33,225 nt of DNA from a virus (IMGVR_UViG_3300037722_001728:1-33225); one strand, 5' to 3'. Shown: positions 1-8,961, counted from the stretch's first letter. Notes: a model not told the origin generated them from the sequence alone. Numbers and translations are program-made.

Positions 1-35
1 CTAGGTTGCAGGTTCGAGTCCTGCCCAGGGAGCCA
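1..35 (+). tRNA. 3' portion of a tRNA, probably tRNA-Asn; likely integration site
   Basis: T-arm GCAGG-TTCGAGT-CCTGC (8-24), acceptor strand CCAGGGA (25-31), discriminator G, encoded CCA (33-35). A G discriminator with an implied 5' TCC fits tRNA-Asn; the anticodon lies outside the window. Confidence 0.8.
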
Positions 36-1548
36 AATGTCCCGGTGTACTAACCGAGTTCCGGTTCGGTAACCCGTACCAGATCTCGACAGTACGCCGA
101 TCATGGATAAGCACCTTCTTCACCACCTGGCGGAGAAGGTGCTTCTTTTTTTGGTTGGTCCCTTTCTCCATCGTTTCCTCAAATTCGACCACCAGTCTTG
201 AGAGCATCTTCCGGTCCACGGGGGTAAGTTCAAGCCGCTCCCTCCGCGCTTCCAGGTCCTTCTTCTCGACCTCAAGTTCCTGCAACTGCGCCTTGAGATC
301 CTGGACCTTCTGGTTGCAGAGGTCGGGTTTCATGGACCCGGTCTCGAAGGCTTCAAAGTACCGATCTATCCTTGCCTGGATCCTCGCCGCTTGGTACTCG
401 ATCCTGGTGATCTCCTTCTCTAGGGCTGGTTTCTCCTTGCCAACAAGCTTGCTCGCCTCTTTCCAGACCTGGGCGATGAATCGCTCATCCCGGTACATTG
501 TCTTGACGTCCTGAATGATCGCGTTCTCGAGGTAGTCGGCCCGCACATAATCCTGATCGCAGTCATGGGTGTTCCAGCGCTTGGCGCAGAGGTAATATGG
601 GTACCTGCGCTCCTTCTTGTGGGTCGTGACCCCCACCATATGGCCCTTGCAGCGGGCGCACTTGATGGTCCCGGAAAGGAGGCGCTCGTCGCCATTTTCG
701 AACCGGCGTCCGCTCAGGCTCTCAACACGATCCTTCAAGAGCGCCTGAGCCTTGTCGAAGAGGATCTCCGAAATGATGGCGTCGTGATTCCCGTCGTAGA
801 CCACCTCGCGCCAGCGGATCTTCCCGACGTAAGTCGGATTCTTGATCATGTGCAGGATCACCCGTTTGTCCCACTTCTCTCCGCTGCGCTTGCGGTGCCC
901 TGCCTCGTTCATTTTGTGGCAGATCGTATGCACACCTTCCCTGCCGAAGGCGTACATCTGGAACATCTTGCGGACGATGAGCGCTTCTTCTTCATTGATG
1001 ATCAATCCCTTTTCTGGGTCCAACGTGAAGCCGTAGGGAACGTTCCCGCCCACGAATTGACCGCCCTTGGCCTTCTTCTCCATTCCGACCTTGGTCCGCT
1101 CCACAATGGTCGCGTGTTCGAACTCGGCGAAGACGCCCAGCATCTGCAACATCATCTTTCCGGCGGCGTTTGCCGTGTCAAACGGCTCGGTGATGCTCTT
1201 GAGCGTGACTCCGAACTTGGTGAGTTCGTCCACCATCTGTGCGAGCTCGCGTACTTTGCGGGAAAGGCGGTCCACGCGGAAGACCAGGAGGACATCGAAG
1301 GATTGGGCCGTGGCGTCGTAGAGCATTTCCTCCAAGCCAGGCCGGTTCATGTGAGTTCCGGATACGGTATCCCGATAGATTTTATGGAGCCGCCATTGGT
1401 CGCCGAATTGGGCTTTGCAGAACGCTTCCAACCGCTCCGACTGTGCTCCGAGGGAATATTTCTGGTGGTCCTCGTCTGTCGAGATGCGGGTGTAGAAAGC
1501 AACGCGAGGAGTTTGTCCGTTTCCACTTAATTGTTTATTTTTATTCAC
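1..1548 (-). CDS. Large serine recombinase/integrase (LSR1)
   Basis: Catalytic YTRIST and DRLSR motifs, recombinase domain (VPYGF), Zn ribbon (CARC...YYLC...C), coiled coil. RBS AGGAG before GTG; the stop codon lies within the tRNA sequence. Confidence 0.95.
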   Translation of the reverse strand: MNKNKQLSGNGQTPRVAFYTRISTDEDHQKYSLGAQSERLEAFCKAQFGDQWRLHKIYRDTVSGTHMNRPGLEEMLYDATAQSFDVLLVFRVDRLSRKVRELAQMVDELTKFGVTLKSITEPFDTANAAGKMMLQMLGVFAEFEHATIVERTKVGMEKKAKGGQFVGGNVPYGFTLDPEKGLIINEEEALIVRKMFQMYAFGREGVHTICHKMNEAGHRKRSGEKWDKRVILHMIKNPTYVGKIRWREVVYDGNHDAIISEILFDKAQALLKDRVESLSGRRFENGDERLLSGTIKCARCKGHMVGVTTHKKERRYPYYLCAKRWNTHDCDQDYVRADYLENAIIQDVKTMYRDERFIAQVWKEASKLVGKEKPALEKEITRIEYQAARIQARIDRYFEAFETGSMKPDLCNQKVQDLKAQLQELEVEKKDLEARRERLELTPVDRKMLSRLVVEFEETMEKGTNQKKKHLLRQVVKKVLIHDRRTVEIWYGLPNRNSVSTPGHLAPWAGLEPAT

Positions 1549-1765
1549 ATTAATCTCCTGTAAGCCCTGACACTCCTACCTCGGGGGGCGCCCGGATTCA
1601 AGGCAAATCCCTCCTTATTCCCGGTTCTGTGGCCGAGCTTCTACATAGAAATGGGAACCAAGGAGGAACTTCTGATATTGCTTTATTTGCAATAGTTTGT
1701 TTGTCTTAGGGTCGATAGGGTACAGGAGGGCATTTTTTAGTAGGTCAGCAGGAGCAAGGATATCA

Positions 1766-2545
1766 ATGGGTCATAACAGCCTCGGAAATCTGCCCCGTAC
1801 TCGAAAGTGGATTCAGGTTCTCGACCTGATTGGCGGCGGTGCAGGAACACCCGAGATTGCTGCTGCCACGATGGAAGCTTCACAGGGGGGGCTTGCTAAG
1901 GCAGCGCAAGACCGTGGTCTTGTATATGCAGTGTGGCTTCTTACCCAAATTCCAATAGCTGCTCGTGGTGAGAATTTTGTTTCAAGTCTTCGAAATCTCG
2001 GGCTTGAGGTATCTGACGCCGCCAGCCTGTTAGAGGTTACGGGAGCTTTTACCGAGGCCGTTGATGCGCATCTGCGCCGCAACGGTGGCCGGACCGACCT
2101 CGGCGAGATGGCCCAAATGGCGGCAGTCGAGACTATCACTGCACTCGGGATGCCCAAAACCGAAAGCTTGTTCGGTACCACTACGGTCGACGTCCAGCGG
2201 GCCTTCAAGACCTTCTCCACCAACAAACAATTCAGCGTACTGGCACGGGATTTTTTCGCACGCCTCAGTAGAAAGTACCTGACTTATTTTCTGAGCCGAA
2301 CGCTCTCCAACTACGTGGGCGGGAATGGTCGATTCGCCAATGTCTCCGAGCACGTCAAGTTCAATGAAGCTCTCGATCTGCATTGCCGCGAAGCTTCTCT
2401 GATCGTCGAGAGGTTCTCCGGGGGGTGGTTTTCGAAAACGAACTTTAAAGGTGGTATCACTCCCCAGAAGACCGCGGATTTCGTCTATGTCGCGCTGAAA
2501 AAGATCCGCGCGGAATTGGCTAGAGGAGCACACGCTCATGGCTAG
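1766..2545 (+). CDS. QatB-like helical partner protein of the QueC-family enzyme
   Basis: ATG at 1766 with RBS AGGAG/AAGGA gives MGHNSLG... (259 aa). The stop overlaps the QueC start. QatB-likeness is inferred from position, size and N-terminal Gly. Confidence 0.6.
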   Translation: MGHNSLGNLPRTRKWIQVLDLIGGGAGTPEIAAATMEASQGGLAKAAQDRGLVYAVWLLTQIPIAARGENFVSSLRNLGLEVSDAASLLEVTGAFTEAVDAHLRRNGGRTDLGEMAQMAAVETITALGMPKTESLFGTTTVDVQRAFKTFSTNKQFSVLARDFFARLSRKYLTYFLSRTLSNYVGGNGRFANVSEHVKFNEALDLHCREASLIVERFSGGWFSKTNFKGGITPQKTADFVYVALKKIRAELARGAHAHG

Positions 2546-4466
2546 AGAGCGTGTTGTGCTTTGCGGAAACCTGACAAGGCCAGAAGACAAAACGAGGAGG
2601 ACGGTCGGCCTGCAACTCTGGGGGAAAGCCCCGAATGTCACGCTCAAGATCAGTGACATTAGCTCTCGGATGGTGGCGAACATACCTCCCGTCTTGGTCG
2701 ACCTTCTGGAGATCGCAAGCTACGTCTACTGTGCTGACCAGGCGACCACCCGCGGCGAGAACGATGCCGACGATCACGGAGCCAAGTGGAGACGCCGATT
2801 TCGGTTTCGCATACCAGTCAGGGCACCCGAGTTGTGGTCATCCGACGCCGTCTTAACGCCGCTGTGCGACACGTTGGGATTCCTTTCGGATGACGAATAC
2901 GAGTTCAACTTTGAGAAAGCAGTTAATCCGCCTGAGTTGTTGCAGTACTTGGACTTCGGTGCCGATGGAGCCACGGGATTTAAGGCAGAGGAAGTCGTCC
3001 TGTTCTCGGGGGGTATCGATTCCCTCGGGGGAGCCGTCCGGGAAGCCGTCGTCGAGAAGCGAAAGGTTGCGCTGGTTAGCCACCGTTCCGCACCGAAGAT
3101 CTTCAGCCGACAAAAGAGCCTCCTACAGACTCTTGGAGAGTTCTGCGCAACTAAACCTTTCCACGTTCCTGTCTGGGTGTATAAGGAAAAAAAGCTGGGA
3201 AGGGAGTTCTCCCAGCGGACCCGATCGTTTCTTTATGCATCGCTGGCGGTCGTGGTGGCACGGATCTTCAACCTCTGGAGGATCCGTTTTTATGAGAACG
3301 GGCCGGTGAGCATTAACCTTCCGATCTCGGCGCAAATCGTCGGAAGTCGGGCAACTCGAACGACTCATCCCCAGGTCCTAAACGGTTTTTCACAGCTTTT
3401 CGGTTCTCTCTTCCAACGTCCGTTCACCGTGGAGAATCCGTTCATATGGAAGACTAGGGCAGACGTGGTTCAGTCGATACGCGAAGCCGGATGCGGCCGA
3501 CTGCTCAAGAATTCCGTGAGCTGCACGCGCGTATTCGAAATGACAAACATTAAGACCCACTGCGGCACTTGCTCTCAATGCATAGACCGACGATTTGCCA
3601 CACTATCCACCGGTTGCTCGGATGATGAAGATCCGGAGGAGATGTACGAAGTTGATCTCCTCAAAGGAGCGCGACAGCCGGGCGAGAGTCGGACGATGCT
3701 GGAGTCTTACGTTCGGACAGCCAAGCGGATCAAGGATATGCCCGACATGTCCTTCTTCTCCGAATTCGGGGAGGTGAACCGAGTAACCCGGAACATAAAG
3801 GGCTATACGGTGGATGAGGCGGCTTCTAACATCCTGGATCTCTACAAGCGTCACGCAGCGCAAATCTTCGGCGTCATCACCAAGGGGATTCAGGATTATG
3901 CAGAGGAAATCAACGGTGGCAAAGTGCCGGATTCCTGCCTACTCATACTGGCGCTGGAAGAGAAGTATAAGCGACAACTAACAAGCGAAGGGATGCCGCC
4001 AATACCGGTACTGGCCCTCGACGAAATTAAAGACGGTGAGGCCAATCGAAACTTGCTGGCGCGGATTGTGGGCAGCGGACGTTATGTGCTCGTGAACAAG
4101 AAGATCGGCCCGCGTCAGTTGTTTTTCACGTACCTGTTATTTGGGTCGCCGCGCGCGCTTAACTTCGACGGAGAACATATAACCGTCGTGAGCAAAGACG
4201 ACGTTATACAAGAGCTGCAGAAATGGAGGACCGAAGGATACCTGCAGTTTTCAGGGAAGGACCAAGGCGAACCTGCATACCGCGTGCAAAAGATGTGGGG
4301 AGAATTCGTCCGCCAGATCGAAAAGGAAAAGAACCTCAAGAATCTCCTCACGGACGACCATAAGGACAAAGACAAGAAGAGGTTATACGGCATCCGCCTC
4401 CAGCCCAATGAGACGCAGATTCTTATCCCAAGTCTTCCTGCACTCTTCAAAATGGTAAGCGGCTAA
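2538..4466 (+). CDS. QueC-family (QatC-like) PP-loop ATPase with C-terminal extension
   Basis: PP-loop LFSGGIDS, QRTRSFLY, YENG, TRTTHP, and Zn ligands SC...HCGTCSQC. Long N-terminal region (DLLEIASYVYCADQ) as in QatC; about 160 extra C-terminal residues. Confidence 0.85.
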   Translation: MARERVVLCGNLTRPEDKTRRTVGLQLWGKAPNVTLKISDISSRMVANIPPVLVDLLEIASYVYCADQATTRGENDADDHGAKWRRRFRFRIPVRAPELWSSDAVLTPLCDTLGFLSDDEYEFNFEKAVNPPELLQYLDFGADGATGFKAEEVVLFSGGIDSLGGAVREAVVEKRKVALVSHRSAPKIFSRQKSLLQTLGEFCATKPFHVPVWVYKEKKLGREFSQRTRSFLYASLAVVVARIFNLWRIRFYENGPVSINLPISAQIVGSRATRTTHPQVLNGFSQLFGSLFQRPFTVENPFIWKTRADVVQSIREAGCGRLLKNSVSCTRVFEMTNIKTHCGTCSQCIDRRFATLSTGCSDDEDPEEMYEVDLLKGARQPGESRTMLESYVRTAKRIKDMPDMSFFSEFGEVNRVTRNIKGYTVDEAASNILDLYKRHAAQIFGVITKGIQDYAEEINGGKVPDSCLLILALEEKYKRQLTSEGMPPIPVLALDEIKDGEANRNLLARIVGSGRYVLVNKKIGPRQLFFTYLLFGSPRALNFDGEHITVVSKDDVIQELQKWRTEGYLQFSGKDQGEPAYRVQKMWGEFVRQIEKEKNLKNLLTDDHKDKDKKRLYGIRLQPNETQILIPSLPALFKMVSG

Positions 4467-4490
4467 CCAACCTTCCGTTCGCATGATTCG

Positions 4491-4520
4491 AAACCGGCCC
4501 TCCATGGCCGGTTTTATTGT
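4491..4520 (+). terminator. Rho-independent terminator after the QueC operon
   Basis: AAACCGGCC-CTCCAT-GGCCGGTTT followed by a T-rich tail. Confidence 0.7.
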
Positions 4521-4685
4521 TTCCTTGCAAATGGTGTGAATTTTTCACATCCCATCCTTCCGTTAACCCCTTACCCCACAAGCATTTACAGCACACTATC
4601 GTCCTCTTTTCACACCCTTCAATGAAGATTTTGGATGGGCAAGAATTAGGAAAATTCTGCGTGGCAGGGCTACGGGAACGACACT

Positions 4686-6389
4686 TTGGTCAAGTCGAAG
4701 AACTTAAGCAGGGATGGGCAAGCAACCCGAATTGCCTTCTACACTCGCATTTCGACCGACGAGGATCACCAGAAGTTCTCTCTCGGCGCGCAAAGCGATC
4801 GGCTCGAAGCATTCTGTCGGGCCCAGTACGGCGACGATTGGCGGCTCCAGAAAATTTATCGCGATACGGAGTCCGGCACGCACATGAACCGGCCGGGCCT
4901 CGAAGAAATGTTGTTCGACGCTGAGGCTAAAGCCTTCGATGTCCTCCTCGTCTTCCGGGTCGACCGCCTCTCCCGTAAGGTCCGGGAGCTTGCCCAGATG
5001 GTGGATGAGCTCGCAAAGCATGGCGTCATCCTCAGGAGCATCACCGAGCCGTTCGACACGGCCAACGCCGCCGGAAAGATGATGTTGCAAATGCTCGGCG
5101 TCTTTGCCGAATTCGAACACGCCACCATCGTTGAAAGAACGAAAGTCGGGATGGAAAAAAAGGCGAAGAGCGGAAAGTGGGTTGGAGGCGTTGTGCCATA
5201 CGGTTACCAACTTGATCCGGAGAAAGGTCTGGTCGTTAAAGAGGACGAGGCAATTGTCGTTCGGAAGATGTTTCAGATGTACGCGTTTGGTAGGCAGGGC
5301 GTGCACACGATCTGCCACAAGCTTAACGAGGCCGGTTACCGGAAGCGGACCGGTCAGGCGTGGGACAAGCGAGTCATTCTCCACATCATCAAGAGCCCCG
5401 TCTATGTCAGCAAGGTCCGCTGGTGCGATGCGATCTACGAGGGCACCCACGAGTCCGTCGTATCGGAGGTCCTCTATGACAAGGCCAAAGGAATCCTGAA
5501 GGACCGCGTCGAAAGCCTGAGTGGCCGCCGGTTCGACAACGGCGATGAGCGTCTGCTCGCTGGGGTAATTAAGTGTTCCCGGTGCAAGAGTCACATGGTC
5601 GGGGTCAGCACCCACAAGAAGGATCGCAGGTTCCCGTACTACCTTTGCGCCAAGCGCTGGAACACCCGTGAGTGCGATCAGGATTACATTCGGGCTGACC
5701 ACGTCGAAGCAACGATCCTTCAGGACATCAAGGCCATGTTCCGGGACGAACCGTTTATCGCTCGGGTCCGGGAAGAGGCCAACAAGGGGCTTGTTGCCGC
5801 GAAACCAGATTTGGAGAAAGAGATCGCCTGGCTCGAGAACCAGGTGGCGAAGGCCCAGGGGGCCATCGACCGCTATTTCGAAGCATTCGAAACCGGGAAG
5901 CTAATGGCCGAGATGTGCAGCGAGAAGGTTGGGGACCTTAAAGCTCGGTTGGTTGGTTTGGAGGCCGAGAGGCGGGATCTGGAAACTCGCCGAAATCGTC
6001 TGGAGCTGCCAGCCATCGATTTGGAAATGGTCACCTCTTTCGTCGAGAACCTCGAGCAGTTGATCGCGGCAGGGACGAACCCAAAAAAGAAACACCTTCT
6101 CCGTCTACTTGTGAAGAAAGTACTCGTCCACGATCGGCACACGGTCGAGGTTTGGTACGCATTATTGCCCCCCTTTGTGGGTCATACGTCTGAGTCGGAA
6201 ACAGTCATCCAACGTCATTTCGGAACGCTCTCCCCGGCGGATGTCGATGAGTTGGTCGAGGGCGTGGCGGACATGGTCGTTGATTTTCTCAAGGGTGGCG
6301 TGAGTTCGAGTGGCAGGGGAAAAACCAGCAGAGAAGCGAAAACCGAAGTGGTCCAGCCGAAGATTCCAGACATGAGGAGGGTGGGATGA
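4686..6389 (+). CDS. Large serine recombinase (LSR2), paralogue of LSR1 with an unrelated C-terminal tail
   Basis: Same catalytic, recombinase, Zn-ribbon and coiled-coil layout. Colinear with LSR1 up to VEVWY (~6158). TTG start with a weak RBS. Confidence 0.93.
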   Translation: MVKSKNLSRDGQATRIAFYTRISTDEDHQKFSLGAQSDRLEAFCRAQYGDDWRLQKIYRDTESGTHMNRPGLEEMLFDAEAKAFDVLLVFRVDRLSRKVRELAQMVDELAKHGVILRSITEPFDTANAAGKMMLQMLGVFAEFEHATIVERTKVGMEKKAKSGKWVGGVVPYGYQLDPEKGLVVKEDEAIVVRKMFQMYAFGRQGVHTICHKLNEAGYRKRTGQAWDKRVILHIIKSPVYVSKVRWCDAIYEGTHESVVSEVLYDKAKGILKDRVESLSGRRFDNGDERLLAGVIKCSRCKSHMVGVSTHKKDRRFPYYLCAKRWNTRECDQDYIRADHVEATILQDIKAMFRDEPFIARVREEANKGLVAAKPDLEKEIAWLENQVAKAQGAIDRYFEAFETGKLMAEMCSEKVGDLKARLVGLEAERRDLETRRNRLELPAIDLEMVTSFVENLEQLIAAGTNPKKKHLLRLLVKKVLVHDRHTVEVWYALLPPFVGHTSESETVIQRHFGTLSPADVDELVEGVADMVVDFLKGGVSSSGRGKTSREAKTEVVQPKIPDMRRVG

Positions 6390-6514
6390 GGAGGAGGCTG
6401 AAAAATTTCCTTCTTTATCACGTTGTCGCTTCGTGGAGTGGTGCGCTTCCACCTCCCCTGACATGGGCGTTGATCTGCTGGTATCTCCTTAGGCCGTTTC
6501 TGAAGGGAGCGTGA
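6386..6514 (+). CDS. Small hydrophobic protein (42 aa), not in the ORF track
   Basis: RBS AGGAGG (6375-6380); ATGA overlap with the LSR2 stop and GTGA overlap with the primase start. MRRRLKNFLLYHVVASWSGALPPPLTWALICWYLLRPFLKGA. Confidence 0.6.
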   Translation: MRRRLKNFLLYHVVASWSGALPPPLTWALICWYLLRPFLKGA

Positions 6515-8259
6515 GGTTGGACGCCAAGGCATGGGCCGATACGGTTTCGATCATCCCAATCGAAGCTCGCGGGAAGAAACCTCTTATCTCTTGGGCCGAG
6601 TATCAACAGCGCAGAGCGGGGTGGGAAGAGCGCGAGGAGTGGAAGAATAAATTCCCCGGCTGCAACTGGGGGCTCGTGACCGGCAAGATTTCAGGACTCG
6701 TTGCGCTGGATTTTGATGGCGAGGAAGGATATGCGCTCCGGAAGGAGAAGAACGTCTACGGCGCGATCCCAACGAACCTGACGGGGAAAGGCTGCCATTG
6801 TCTCTTCAGGCATCCTGATCGTGAGATTCGCAATGGGGCTCGGCTTCTCCCAGGCCTTGACGTACGGGGCGACGGTGGTTACATCGTTATCCCTCCGAGT
6901 ATTCACCCATCAGGGAAGAAGTACGGGTGGCAGATCCCGCCCTGGATGGTTCCGGATCTACCCGAGCTTCCCGAGTGGGTATGGCCTCTCGTTGATCGGA
7001 GCAATGGCAATGGAGCTCCTCCGACCGCCTCCAATGAATCCACCCGCGACGGTCTCCCGCCCGGGGCGGCGAAGGGCACCCGGAATGCAACGGCCACCCG
7101 AGTGGCTGGACAACTCTTTAGGAAAGGGCTATCTGAAGCCGCCGTGATAGCCGTCATACGGGAATGGAACAAGAAGAACTGCCCGCCGTTGAGTGAAAAG
7201 GAACTGCTTCAGGTTGTCCAGTCGATTGGGAAAGCCGAACACCGCCAGAACCCGCCGACCCTTTTGGTCTCCGGTGTCGAATTCGTCGCCGAGAAGATGG
7301 ATGCCTCTCGGACCCTGATCGATCCGATCATGCCCGACCCGGCCCGGATCATCTTGGCCGGATTCGCAGGCGTGGGGAAAACATCGCTCGCCATGAACCA
7401 GGCGGCGGCTCATTCGGCCGGACTCTCTTTCCTGGGATGGCAGGCGGCCCGGAAGACGGTCCTCTATATCGATGGAGAGAACCCGCGGCCACTTGTCCAA
7501 AAGCGGCTCGGGATCATTTTCAACGCCATGGGCGGAAATCTCCGGAGCATCCATTTCGCTTTCCCAGAGCGGAAGCTCGACCTTGGTATTCCGGCGGGGC
7601 TCTCCGAACTAGAGGGGATGATCGGTCGCACCGGGGCGGGGATCGTCGTCCTCGATTCCTTCTTGAACTTCTTCAGCCTCAAGAGTGAGAACGACTCCGC
7701 GGAAACTCGCCGGGCCCTCGATGGCCTGACGACCCTCATGAGAATGACCGGGTGCTCGGTCCTCATCCTCGACCACACGACGAAACCTCTACGCGAGGCG
7801 CGAGGACGCGGCGAAGTGGGGCCGCCGACCCCCCGGGGGAGCGGTGCAAAGGTCGATTTCGCCGATGTGGTGCTCGTCCTCGAGGAGAAGAAGAGCGAGG
7901 GACGATTCCTCAAGACCCTGCACTTCACAAAACTTCGAGGTCACCCACCGATGCGGCCGCTCATTCTGGAAATGGACGGTCGACTTTGCTTTCGGCCGGT
8001 CGGTGAAGATGCTGTTGTTCCCGTGGAGATCATTCGCGAGGCGGTCGAGATGGACCCTGGGATCCGGACAGGCGACCTCCTCCGTCGCATTACGAACCGA
8101 ACCGGCGCTGGGGACCGAACGATCTATCGGGCCATTGATCGGGCGGAGGCACAGAAACTCATCTGCCGAGTCCAGCAGGGGCGCACCGTCCTGCTCTATC
8201 CCGTTGGGGGATTACTGCCATTGGCAAGCGAGCTCGATACGGGGTCACCCAAATGCTGA
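6511..8259 (+). CDS. Bifunctional primase-polymerase with PriCT-1 and RepA/AAA_25-like helicase domain
   Basis: Prim-Pol motifs GKKP, NWGLVTG, LDFD, GCHCLF, DVRGDGGYIVIPPS; PriCT GTRN...PPLSEKEL; Walker A GFAGVGKT; Walker B VVLDS. Confidence 0.9.
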   Translation: MRLDAKAWADTVSIIPIEARGKKPLISWAEYQQRRAGWEEREEWKNKFPGCNWGLVTGKISGLVALDFDGEEGYALRKEKNVYGAIPTNLTGKGCHCLFRHPDREIRNGARLLPGLDVRGDGGYIVIPPSIHPSGKKYGWQIPPWMVPDLPELPEWVWPLVDRSNGNGAPPTASNESTRDGLPPGAAKGTRNATATRVAGQLFRKGLSEAAVIAVIREWNKKNCPPLSEKELLQVVQSIGKAEHRQNPPTLLVSGVEFVAEKMDASRTLIDPIMPDPARIILAGFAGVGKTSLAMNQAAAHSAGLSFLGWQAARKTVLYIDGENPRPLVQKRLGIIFNAMGGNLRSIHFAFPERKLDLGIPAGLSELEGMIGRTGAGIVVLDSFLNFFSLKSENDSAETRRALDGLTTLMRMTGCSVLILDHTTKPLREARGRGEVGPPTPRGSGAKVDFADVVLVLEEKKSEGRFLKTLHFTKLRGHPPMRPLILEMDGRLCFRPVGEDAVVPVEIIREAVEMDPGIRTGDLLRRITNRTGAGDRTIYRAIDRAEAQKLICRVQQGRTVLLYPVGGLLPLASELDTGSPKC

Positions 8260-8412
8260 TGTTTACCGGCCAGTTGGGATTACTGCCATGCTGCCATGAT
8301 GTGTCGGGGAGGGCGACAGGAATGCAACTCATTGAAAATTCAAGGGTTCGGCGATTACTGCCACACTGCCATGAGGTCTATATAAATAAAGACAGTAGCC
8401 ATGGCAGTAATC
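8210..8412. repeat. Putative replication origin with 11-bp iterons
   Basis: GATTACTGCCA at 8210, 8278 and 8353, exact inverted copy at 8402-8412, AT-rich TATATAAATAAA between the last two. Confidence 0.7.
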
Positions 8413-8450
8413 AAATGGCAACGATCGGGCAAAACAGGGAGGCGGTATAG

Positions 8451-8759
8451 ATGCCTCGATCGCCGAGAGGACACTTCATGCGAGCAGCCGAACTTCGGAC
8501 GCTGGTCCAGGCCCCGTCGACCGTCAAGTATCGCAAGGACCCTCCGGCTCCGATCAAGTGCGACTTTTCCAACGAGCGACTTCACTACTGTATCGACATC
8601 GCGCTGCTCGTCGAGCGGTGCGACCGATCCGGGTACATGGCGGCGTACCTGTCGGGGATGCGGTGGGAGGCGATACCGGAGGTCTTCCGGGGGAAGTGCG
8701 CGGCGGATATTCGACGGCTTCGGCGGGAACTAAGGGATGGAGGTTATTCCGTTGAGTGA
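8451..8759 (+). CDS. Hypothetical phage protein
   Basis: RBS GGAGG upstream (alternative ATG at 8478); overlaps the next gene. Confidence 0.55.
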   Translation: MPRSPRGHFMRAAELRTLVQAPSTVKYRKDPPAPIKCDFSNERLHYCIDIALLVERCDRSGYMAAYLSGMRWEAIPEVFRGKCAADIRRLRRELRDGGYSVE

Positions 8760-8961
8760 CTGGCTCGTCGGAAAGAAGGAGGTGGCAAATGCACTCGGGG
8801 TGAGTGTTAGTACGTTGAAGCGGTATCTGAAGCGATACCCCGATTTCCCGGCGAACAGGCGGGGGGGAACGATCTACGTGTCTCCGGAGGCGCTGGATGC
8901 CTGGGTGGAACATCGGGCTTTAAAGAAATGCCCGATCTGCGGAATTACTATTCCCGCCTGA
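8737..8961 (+). CDS. Excisionase-like HTH protein (HTH_17/MerR type) with C-terminal CxxC
   Basis: GKKEVANALGVSVSTLKRY helix-turn-helix, wing, ALDAWV, then CPICG. Confidence 0.8.
   Translation: MEVIPLSDWLVGKKEVANALGVSVSTLKRYLKRYPDFPANRRGGTIYVSPEALDAWVEHRALKKCPICGITIPA

Noticed and set aside
565-1530. Long antisense ORFs here and at 4704-5702, 18894-20069, 20255-21904, 22624-23658 and 31036-32205
   Set aside because: They lie opposite well-supported genes; expected in GC-rich DNA and lack motifs.
2538-4466. Housekeeping queC or a dpd DNA-modification cluster
   Set aside because: The protein is far longer than canonical QueC, and there is no queD/queE/folE or DpdA in the window.
4535-4549. 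CRP site
   Set aside because: Spacing is TGTGA-N5-TCACA rather than N6.
4672-4695. RERHFGQ in an alternate frame resembling IQRHFGT in the LSR2 tail
   Set aside because: Too short, with weak DNA identity; cannot be told from chance.
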